A stretch of DNA of 64,000 nt from Ascidiella aspersa (lineage: Eukaryota), in contig OZ004615.1 in the NCBI GenBank assembly GCA_963924565.1, positions 22,382,001-22,446,000 on the forward strand, in the 5' to 3' direction. Position 1 is the stretch's first letter. Every line of letters starts with the position of its first letter. This document shows positions 43,001 through 55,000 of the stretch, piece by piece. Made by a program: the position numbers and the translations under genes. The notes under the pieces were generated by a model. It was given only the letters and a program-made list of their open reading frames with translations. It was not told the origin of the DNA and ran no database searches.

Positions 43001-46000
43001 GAAAATTGCGTCTTAAACTTTACGCAGTTCGCAACGGAGAATCTATTGTGTTTTAGCGTCGCTTTTGCGTCGGTTTGTCTATAGATAGACGCAATTTTGC
43101 GTGACTTTGGCAAATGACTGTTTTTAGAAAACGTGAACGTTGACCGGTAATAATAAAAGCGACCGAAATAGAAACAGTTGCGTTTTGAGTTGCGCAAGTG
43201 GATCAGACATTGTTTAATTTAGTTTGTAACCCACAAAAAAAGTGTTACTAGACAGGTTGAGCAAGACGCCTAAGTCCAAACATGTCCAACTCTGGCAATC
43301 AAATATCTTTTTCTTAACATTCGGGAATAAAAAGATCTTCGTACTATGTTATACGTCTCTAAATGTGTCACACAAACGTATAAGTTTGATGATAAACCAT
43401 TACCGGAAAAACATCATGTGTGATGTGAGATTCGAACCGAAGACCAGTATGTCTATAATGCCAATTTGGTAAGGCGTTATCGTTAGTAAAAGTGTCTGTT
43501 GATAAACTATAAATTAATTAGATACACATCTTAATGTAGATAACTTACTTGTCAGTGTTGTAATGCCTTAAGTGTTTGACTTGCATTAGGTGCACTTAAG
43601 TCACTGTTTTTTCAAATGACTTGATTCTTAAGTGTAGCATAATATGCAGTGCGTAAAACAAAACTTGTTTTCTCAAAAAATGTGAAACTGCATACCACGA
43701 AAAATTAGCAATTGGTAAAATTTTAAAAACTTTAAAGCTGTCTGAAACAGTGTCAAAGTTGTCAGCCTTATGTCATTTTCTTAAATGCTGGTTAGAAAAA
43801 CTTTCAAGGAAAGTTATTGTCCAAAAATGCGCTCGTTTTTCTGAACTATATATTTCTTCGAATCTTTTTCACCCAAATCTCTAAAAACAACAGCAAACCG
43901 TCGCAGCAGGCCAGTCAATCTTTTCGCGCAAACGGCGCATTCCAGTCAGCGAGCGTTTTGCCGGACAGGCAACTAATTAAAAGCAGCTAAGTCCGCGCCC
44001 GGTCCACCTCTGTTTGTTTACCGTTTCGCCGCGCGCCAAAGGTTATCCAAGCGCCGGCGGCCTTTAGGTCGGTCGAGCGCCCGCGGGCGGCGGCGCGCTG
44101 AGCGCTGGCCAGCAATTAGCGGCATTTTGAGCCCGAAATCGCCGTGACTTGCACTTCTTTCGCCCGGGCCTTTTTTTGCGCCTCGCGGCTCCCGGGGGAC
44201 AATAAACAGATCCGCCCTTCCGCGCCACATTTTTTCGACCCTCTTAAGCCTTGATTGACGCGGTCGATAAATGCGAGTGAGAGAGCGGCCAGTAGCGATT
44301 TTGTGATTTCTATCCGCGCTTGTGCAAATAATCGCGCGCGCCCCCGTCGTGCAGGCCACTGTTACGTCATAACAGGGTTTGCTGTTCACGGTTTCAGTAT
44401 CGTGCCAGGCGTGGGGTTACGCAAAGGTCACGGCCCAAAGTCGCAAAAACCAGAAGCATATTTTCTCGTAAACGGTGAACAAAATTTTAGAGTGACGTTT
44501 AAAATCTTGTTTAGACGTGTATTACGCCTGCCTTGCCTAAACATATATTGTTTTCGTTTTGTAACGGCGCAAATTCGTCGTCATTTATGTCAAGGGGAAG
44601 CGGCAGCAATCTATGACCTCATGTGTGCTTTTTGCCTCATCTCTCTAAAAACACTCGTCCAAAATTGAGATGTCATTTATAAAAAACAGCGTGAACTATT
44701 TTACTTAGCGGTGTTTAAAAATAAATGGGATTATCCCGTTGTTCATTGTCCCTCATAAAGCTTGCTTCTCAAATCAAACCATTGTGTTTTAACACAAGCG
44801 TTAAGTTTGCAAGGCGAACTGCTCCTATTAGCCAGGCCTTTGTGTTATAGCCCGTGGTCACCTGGCTGAATACGATCTTATCATTTGTCTCATCTTATCG
44901 CCTTTCTACAGCAAGCCGCCAATTGCATCCATTTCACTTTGCAGGAGCACCGAATCAAGGAAGCCCTACAGAGCGCTCTAATCATCACCCTTAAACAGCC
45001 CAATTCGGAGCTTTACGAAGAGTTTGTGGAACAGTTTAAGACAAAGCTCGGAAGGTATAGCCTAAACTTAACCATAGCTCTAACACATAATTGTGTAGAA
45101 GTAATATGCCTAACTCATATTAATTAAATTATTTGTAATTGTTAGAAAACTGTAAAACGTAAACCAAAGCTATTTAAACAAATCAAACCAGGAAAACCTG
45201 ATTCCTTTTTCGCCATATTTAATTTTGTAATTAACGCCGCCCAACTAAATATCCTTTTGACCGAATGATCAATTTTCAAAACCTTCTTTTCAAAAACTCT
45301 TTATATCAGTTGTTCACAACTTTATTGTCCTGTGCTTCCCTTTTAGTGGATTTTCAAATCTCCCTACAAATTTAGATTGCTAAAATATCGTTTACATTAT
45401 TGTTTTAATGTAATTCTTAAAACAGAAATTAAACTCTCGATAATAAGCTAGAAAGCATCTATACAAGAACTTTCGTTTTCTCAGCTCATATGGCAAATTC
45501 AGCAATAACACATAGCACAGACCACCAGTAAGGGATTAATATTGTGACACCCCCCTCAAGTGGGGAATTTTCCCCTTGTTGGAAACCACTGCTTTATATC
45601 ATTGACTGAAAATTCAATATGACAAAACTTGCCACTGATTGTAATTGGCCTATAATAACGTTATCGTTTTATCAAAATTTATATCTTGTAAGCTAAAAAG
45701 AGACTTCGCGTAAAGTTTTTGTACAAAACATAATTTAAGGCTTAGGAGTTCGTGACTAAGATACAGCGAAGACTTTGCTGAGTTTATTTGTTGTCCCCCA
45801 AAATCCCTCGATGAGAAGAGCTTTACAATCGGTGCGTTGTTGTTCACGCGGGTTATTGCCCAATTACAACGTCCGATATATTCCAAACACACCCGAAAAC
45901 GTGTATAGGCAATATGCTGCCGGGGCGTGTTAAAATTGCTGTTTTTTTTTCATTTACAATTTACCGGGAAACCAAGCTTAAAAGCGTTTCCTGTGAAGCG

Positions 46001-49000
46001 ATATCTGTTGCATAAATGGGAGACTAGATTTATTTTCATGTTTGCCGATTGTGTATACTTTACTATGGGAAACCGGTGACGAAATCGACTTGAAATAGAA
46101 AGCATCGTGACCCATTTAACAAGGCCCGCGACCGGAATGGACTTTGGTTCCACGAGATTACAACCAACTCCCTACAGGCCCAACCCATATCGGGCTGGCA
46201 CCGAACGAATCACACCTTATTGCATCAACAAAGAATCCTGGCCTCGTTAAAACTGGGCCGCTCTATCAACAATATCGTCTCCCGAGAAATGGATTTGCGA
46301 TTATCAACCATTTAAGCCTCAAATGCCGGCGAATCCTTACTTTGAGTTTGTCGCGATCACTCACCCTTGTCAGATGCTGGCATCGTTTTTTCCCCACATA
46401 TAAATGATATATTTTGGAGCATAATGATTGGAGGTTGTAGCAAGACGTATTAAGAATATCAAGGCCCATACAAAAGCATTTGAGTACTTTTGTATGGGCT
46501 TTGGCAGTCTTACTACTTCAATTATATCTATTTTTCAAAGTTCTTTTTCACACGTGTGTGGGCTAAAATCAAGGCCCAGTAATTTTCAATTACAGGACAG
46601 GTTTTCGGTATTGCCGTCAGCTCGTAAATACCCCACGTTGCTTTTTGTTTGAAAATTCAGGGATGAAACGAATGTTTTTTTAGCGTGGAAAACGTTACTT
46701 TGGGCACAAATTAACCTCTAAATGTCCAAATCATTTTTGGAATCAACATAAATAAAGATCATCAATGTTAGGGCAAGAGTTCAATAAATAAATTTTCCGT
46801 TCTGTGGGTGCAAGATACTTTAACAGTATGTCTGTTACATTTGGCGAAGGAAAATCAGTTGAGATCAGGCTTCTGCGTATGTCGTGCTCAGGTTGCCAAA
46901 ATAAAAGTTACTGAGTACAAACGTTTAACCCTATATTGCCTACAGCAACATGGACGACAGCATCGATGCCAATCTAACCAAGAGAGTGGTGGACAAGGTC
47001 ACTGAGCTTGAGAGTTGGAGATATGGAACGCTGAAACCAGACGAATATTTCAAGGTAGAACTGAAACCTTGGCACGGACATTTTTTGTTGGTTTCAACAA
47101 AAAAATGAAATATTGTTTTTTTTATCAATTTTGTTTCCTAAAATTTTGAGTTACAAAAACATTATTTCCACTCGACTGGTATAGCAGTCGATTTTATTGC
47201 ATTTTTGTTTTTCAAGTTTTAATAAATGCACGCACACAAGTAAATTTGACATTGCTGTAGTTTTTTTGCCATTATTTTATACACGAGTAAAATAAGACTG
47301 CCGTTTAACAATTTTGTAAACTTTGAAATTGTTGTAATTCCGTAAAAACGATCTTCAGCTTCAATGTTTCTTCCTATAAACAGATAGTGTAGGTACAAAA
47401 GTAAAAATTCATTACTAGGATAATTGTTTGAATTGTGAATGCATTTACGTATAGTCGTATACAGACGTGTGTATGAAGTGTATACAAACGTGCTTATATC
47501 TGACCATTATCATCGGTGAATTAAACTTTATAGAAATATTAAAAATATCCTTTTTTCACCAATCGCACAGAAAAACCAGTACCCGGCTTTTTTCCACGAC
47601 TCCCTGGTCATGCTGGCGCACATCCTTAACGACAGCCTCTCCGAGAATGTCTCCGCCAGCAATACGCAGGCGGAAAAGAGCACGCGTCCATGCGGAACGG
47701 CCAGCGTTGATCCGATATTCCCCAACGGAACCCACCTCATGAACCACTACGTCATTGGAAAGACGTTTGAAGGTAATTGCACTAAACTCATCGTTTTGTT
47801 TGTATTAAAAAGTAGCTCGTTCGCAATACATAGGGCGTTTGCAGGTTAGGCTACATCGCTTTTGAGGTTTAACGAAACGGAATCCATACAAACACATTAA
47901 CAGTTTTTAATTGCAGGACAAATATAATCAGCTTGATATAAAAACCTTTTACGGTGTAGCTCACATCGCTTATGAGGTTACAATATACGAAAATCAATAC
48001 AAACATATTAACCTAAGTCAATACAACACACATTAATTGTTTTAAACGGCAGGATAAATATAATCAGGTTGATACACAAACATGTTTGAGTAGCTCATAT
48101 ACGCTTATGAGGTTTTAAGACACGAAAGTCAATACAAACTTATATATATTAGTTTTACAGTTTAGGTCAAAGTAATGAGCTAGTCATTAAGAAAAAGTTA
48201 AGTAGCGCAATCTACCACCAACTTGCATAACAACCATAAGGCTAGACTTTTTAGAACGTCAATATTAGCATAGGGTCGCTTCGAATTTAAAGTTCTCGGA
48301 ATATCAAAGTTAATCTTGTTTGTAAGGACAATAGTTCGTGTTTACATTTCATTGCATAACACTAATCCAGATGCAGAAAAAACAAACCCTGTTATTGGAC
48401 CAAGTGTAGCCCTCAAAACAGCAGCTTTGAAATCTACTTATTCTTTGCACATTGACAAGTTATGTTGTATTTTCCTTACTCGGCTTCACTGATCTATATT
48501 GTGAAGTAGAATAACAGTGGGTCAATCTGCAAGGCGCAAGTCAACAAATTTGTTGCTGACTTATACAGTATGTCAAATCAACGCCAACTAGCTAAGAAAT
48601 GTGGGGAAAATGTATAATGAGGCTAGCATACAAGAAAAGTTCTTCGAGTATTAAAATGTTCCCGAAACTTAAAATATGATATTTCGCTAAACTAAACTTT
48701 TTCTTGTTAGAATAAACCCTAACATGATAATCATGAAGGAAAATGACGAATTTAACCATGACTGCGTGACAAAATGAGCGTTATTTAAACATTTCCTTAT
48801 TTTCTAATAATAGATCAAACATGCAACATCATTATGACTCTTACTTCGCAATTTACATTCGTGTTTTATTCCTACAGCCAACTCTCGTTTTTTTAATTTT
48901 TTAAATAGATTATGCTTTTGAAATATAATTTAGCACAAATTATCCTTTGGTATCTAATTGTTGTACATTATATATTTATTACAGGTGTAACCGGTAAAAT

Positions 49001-52000
49001 TGCAATCAACAACGTGGGCGACCGACTGTTCGACTTTGCTATCATGGGATTTGATCCGCTTACCGGTAGGTGGCAACATTAATTCTGAAAAAATCAATAC
49101 CAAAATTACTGAATGTATATACATCTTTGAGAAATCATTATAATTTTTGTGAGTAGGAACGAATCACGTCCAAACTTTATCAACATATGTATGGAAAAAA
49201 GCACGAACCAGTGGTAAAAGAGCATAAAATAATATTGAAATAGCAAAAAGTATACTATGTGAATAAACAAAACTATAAATTTATATGTTGGTCCCAATAT
49301 TTTTGTCAAACTTCTAACGCATTGGCTCCAAACTAATTACCATGTTTTTTTAATATTTTACGTACAATACCGACAAAACCGTTTAAATGCATTTCAGATA
49401 TTTTTTATTTTAATAAACTCCAATATGAGTGTTTAATCCGACAATGACGCACCAAGCTTGAGCTTAACTAACACTTAAATACGACGTGGTCTCACGCCGG
49501 AGGTTTTGCCCGACCACCATTTTCCCTCTGTCTGCGATTTCGCATTAACAATAATGACATCGATTACTGCCACACACGCGGCCATTTTTGTTTCAACTTC
49601 AAGCCCAAAACTCAACGTATCTCGTGTTTCTCTCGCAGGCGTGTTCAAACAGATAGGCGCGTATGATGCTGGCGACGGTCAGTATTACGAGGTCGACGGT
49701 GAAACTGCCCAGTGGCCGTCGGGGGCTGTCCCTAGGGACGTCCCCAAGTGTGGGTTCAACGGAAAGAAATGCATCAAAGACAGTGAGTCTCTCGAATGGG
49801 TTGATTTTAATTTCTGCTTTTAATGCTAGCACTTCTCACCGACGAAAGAGCATAATGTTTGACGTAGTAAAAGTTTGACGTAGTAAGAATTTCAAAGCTC
49901 ATACAGAAGTAGGTAGTATTTTGCTTTTTCAACATGTAATTAATAACGTTCAAATTGTATACCCACTTCTGTATGGAATTTAAAATTCTTACTACATTCT
50001 TGTTAAATTTTATACTTAACACTAAATTTGCCTCAACTATTTTCTTTTCATAATCACAGGACTCACAGTGATTGAAGCGATCGTTATTTCGGTGGTTTCC
50101 CTCGCTACGGTTGCTGTGATCGTTTCGGTCAACACATACAGGTAAAAAAACTGCGGGTATCAGCACGTGAGCTTACTAACGTATCAAGTCATCGTTACTC
50201 GGCATTTTCACTTTCTAATTTTAGCATTTGGGTAAAACGCACTTTTACTGAAGATTCTAGAAAAGCAATACTCAAAAGCCTGAAGTATAGCTTGCTTTGT
50301 AACGTTTTAATTTATTTTTTGCTACATTGTGGCCAGATTATTCACAGTAAACGTGATAAGCCTACATAATATTATATATTAGCCTACCTAATGTTATTCA
50401 TTGTAAAAAAGGAGAACATCAATAAATTTTGAAAATGCTGCAATTTGATTTTTCTAAAGTTAAAAAAACAGACTTTTGGGCAAAACTATAGAACCATCTC
50501 CGGTTTGACAAATCCCCTATTCGTGACGTCACAGACGACTGACAAACACACAGGTGGACGTCACACGCAGTGGACAACCTTCTCATGCATGACGTCACAA
50601 ACAACTAACAAACGCGCTTTTATGACCCGACAGGCGCCACACGCTACAGAAAGAACTCGAAAGTCAACTGTGGCGTGTGTACTGGTGCGACATCTCGTGG
50701 CCGAACGGCATCGTGGCCGGACAGATGGAGGGGGACCCGGGGGTATTCGGGGATGTCCCCACCGACAGTGACCCCTCGCTGGGTGAGGTCATATCCTACT
50801 ACGTACCATCCCTTTCACCAGCCATCGCGGCAAAGCGAGCTCATAAGAGGAAGAGAAAGTGGTCTTCTAACTCGAAGAGAAACGAAAGAGTAGAAAATGA
50901 GGTATATTTGTTACTTTTTTTGCAAGGCATACTACAGGTTTATTTTTCAAACTTCAGGTATTTATTAAAGAGGAATGTTTGTGTCTTATAAGTTCTTGTG
51001 ACACACCCTACCTTTCAAACTTTATTTGGTTTAGATTGGTATATGCAAAAGGGTATTGTGTTGCTACCAGGCATACTATTAATCAAAACAGCTTCTCTGG
51101 TGGCCTAATTCCAATGTTTTGGCAACCTATTCAAATCTCCTTCTTCAGGGTGAATGACTGGGTAATGTTTTGTGCATGCCCGAATTGTCTGTATATAACC
51201 ATTCGTTATCCCGTATATGAGTTGGAAAAGTACTCTACAATAACGCCTTCCGAAAATCCCCTTTTTAAAAGTTTAACTCGCCCATTTGAATACCTCCTAA
51301 AAAAAACTGAATTCATTCTAAAAACATTCGAGTAACACATCAACGACAAAACTGTAGCTCAATATTTTGTGTATACATTGAACTGTTTGTGTAAATAAAC
51401 TGCTGATCTAGTAAACCAGCAGAATACTCACTAAGACCTTAAAAGATCTTTTAATAGAGTCTGACCTGAATTGCTAGCTTTGCTGGAGTATTCCGCTGTA
51501 ACTGATCAGAAATTAACTTTCATCTTGCAAAGGGTCAAGGGTATTTCCAATTTCACATATTCAGTGCAAAATTTATTTACCCACAGAGAAAGACCAGCGC
51601 CGGATCCCTGATAAGTGACAAGTTCTGGGGCGGAGTGACCACTTCGGCTGTTTACAAGGTAATCGCTTAGAAATTGTAAACAAGCTGTCGAAATTGATTC
51701 AAAAGTTAAACAAGCATTCAAGTAACAATTCACATTAGTCGAGACGCTTCTTTGTATTGATGATCGTTGTAATCTTTAACTTCTTTTCTTTATTTTTCTA
51801 GGACAAGGTTGTCGTTGTTAAGTTATCGAACCGACGGAAAGTCGAACTGAACAAGACCCTGTTGATGGAACTCAAACATGTAAGTTCCTTGGTGTATGCT
51901 GTATATGAAACTGTAAACCAGCAAAGGTTTTACGGTAGCAATATCGACACATCTTTTTGTAAATGGCCGTATTTGTCTAATAAGAAAAATCTTGTCAAGA

Positions 52001-55000
52001 TTTCAATGCAATTTGTCTTTATATAGCCCCAACTGATTACCCAATATGGATATATTCGAGTTGAAGGGTCAGCATTGTTACACTGATTTATCATTAGTAT
52101 TAACAGAAATGTTTTAAATATAATCACAACTTAAACTTTGATATTTGCTTCGAGAGTGTATTTCAATTCTGTGCATTCAAATCTGAAAATAACGTGTAGG
52201 TCTGCACACTTCAATATGTGTTTTTTAAGTTCTACCAAATCTTAAGTCATCCATTTTTTTGCTGACCCAGTTGCTTTCGCAAAGTAGGTGAATCGCTTTT
52301 ACAGTGACAAGGTTGTTTTATGATGGATATCAAACTACGATTACGTTATTTGTCGAGTTTATCGTATCTTTCGCATCGCGATCTCATAAAAAAGCGACGC
52401 CCTGTGTGTTGCGTAACACCGTCGTTTCGTAACGCTGTGGTCGCCTGTATTTACGTTGGAAATCCTGAAGAGAGGACATGACACCTGTCAGCTGGAAGAA
52501 ATAACGGTAGCCGACTATAGCCGTGCAATATTCGAAACCTTAATACCGAGAAACATAGCTTCGGGGGGATTTTTGGCACACGCTGTGGCTTCTAGGCGCC
52601 CTTCCGTGAATCAAATTAGAGTTTGCAGCGGAACAAAGCGACTTGTTGAAGGTTAAAGTACGCCTAAACCCTATATTACAGAAATATATTTACCCTCACA
52701 ACTTATAGATATGTAAACTGTAGAGCAATCTTTAGCATCCTGTGATGTCGAATTGTATTAAAAGGCATCAAACCACCATCGATGTTGTCGTAATACCAAC
52801 GACTTTACGGGTGCCTTTTTCTGCATTTTATTTTCGCCCGTTGCGGACCACAGATTGTTGTCTTGTTTAAATCTTGTATGAAAAACGTTTAAAGTATACA
52901 AAGGAACAAATTTTGTAAAAAATGTTGACAATTTATCAAACTACCATGAATTTAATTTCCAGACAGCTTAGAGATATACAAACCTTAAACTACATTTAGG
53001 GTTTGTGATTACTGATTACCTTTATTGAAAAGTTTACCCTTAAGAATGTTAAAAACGTAAATAATAATTCATTTAAACGCTGCGGTCGACAATTTATCCA
53101 TTTGATCAGTTGTTACAAAACTACCATGAGTTTCAATACTTGCGTATAGAGGGTAAAATTCACAGCAAAACATACAAAAAATCTTTACCGCGATTTTCAC
53201 GAGTCAAATTTTCCCAAATCGCGCAAATTTTTTTCTAAATTATCCCGCTTTGCGATAACGCAAAGTGCAATCAGGCCACAACACGATAACGGCCCGCAAA
53301 AACCGCAAACGGCCTACTTAGCGTTTCAAAATGTTGTTTTTGAACAGCGTCCGAGGCGCTCCGGTTGTTTTCAGTGCGTCACCCGACAACAAATAACCAC
53401 GGAATCGTGATAGATCAACGCTCGCTTATTTACCAACACCGCAGCTACGACTGCGAACCGCCACCGTGCTCCTGCAAATAAATTACTGGCTAATTTACCC
53501 CCCAAAAGTGTGGGGGGGGTACTTCCCCTATGAGACTTTTTTTTAAAAAAACAACTCTAATAGCTTTGATTTGTGTCGGGATGAATTTTCCAAGTGGATT
53601 CCTCCTTTTTAAGGTTCACTAAACAATTCTTCGAATATATATCAATATATGCCTATTTCTTGAAGGTGGGCAATTACAGATTTGTAGTTTTTTGTCTGCT
53701 AAACCTTATGGGTAAAGAGGGTTTCTTTACAGAAAACAAAACGCTATTTTCAATAATAAAACAAAAAATGTTTTACAACTATTCATCTTCCAGAGTAAAA
53801 AAGCATTTTTTTGTTCGACAATTGCGATTTGAAGAAAATGCGTAAAGTTTCGGAAAATCCTTATCACGAGTTAAAACCACTGCAAGCTTTTTTTAACGAA
53901 TCAAGACTCAATGCAATAGCAAACGCATTTTTGTCTAAAAAAAGTGGGTCAATTTGTCTAAAAAAAGTGACAGCACAAAAACCATCCTTAACATAGTAAC
54001 ATAGTAAAAAACCTAAAAAAGTATTCTTTTTCGGGAATTTTCACAACAAACTCGAAGCGTCTTGATTTACAAGATGCACATGTGTGGAAGTCGGGAGAAA
54101 GTCCCTCGCGGCGGTAAATAAACACCCAGGCAATCCGAACACGGCTCTGCGAAGACCTTAAAATAGCGGAAGCGCTCGTCCACGAGGCCCGCTTAACGTG
54201 TTTATGTGCAAGTGACTCGTTTGGAACTTACAATAATGATTGGCGAGCTGTTTAAGCAGGCAAATATGTAAATAAACTTGATTTTAGAAACGGGGTGCAT
54301 TTCGCGCGCTGTTTGCTATGTCGGGAGTTCATTGCACATTAAAGCCGCGTATTATAGATGTTATCCTGTCTTCTGCAACGGGCTCCCGCATACTTCCTGT
54401 CAACTTTTGTTTGTTTATTTGCAAATGATTAGGATGAAATGTTGACTATCCTCCAGGCGCACGAATCCATCATAACAGAGCGCTGTGAGCACAAAGACCT
54501 GTTGTTGTTATGATTCCAGACAAATAAACCACATACCATAATTCATGCCGCCCATTACAAAACGTCCACCTTATTTCTCAATACCTCAATGTTGACCTAG
54601 TTCAACCACAAATTGACCAAAATTACGATGGCCATCGCCGTCAAACGATGTTCGCTTGTTTTGAGAAATGTGTATTTTCGTTCGAAATCGCCGAACCTTT
54701 TCTCGAAGAAAAAATAAGCGAACGCTGCCAGAAACATGTTAACGTTTTGTACGATGAAGGCAATTTGCATTGGTGACCCATGTTATCAGATATAGATTTG
54801 TAGAAATTCGCATTGCATTTAAATTATCCAAACTAAGATCGAATTTGATGGGGTGTGTGATTATTTTGAGAGTTGTATCTTCAGGCAATTGACCATCGCA
54901 ACGGAAATAGAACGAATATAAACTTATACACTGTGGGCCTAATGGGGCTATGTTTCGATATCTCAAAGACAACTATATCGCAATTACAATTTCAACCCTT

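Noticed and set aside
43420-43480. B-box-like GGTTCGAATC on the minus strand (tRNA or SINE)
   Set aside because: No A box or cloverleaf that I can support.
50783-50788. Donor-like GTGAGG inside exon 12
   Set aside because: Phase 1 does not fit the phase-0 start of exon 13 and would frameshift.
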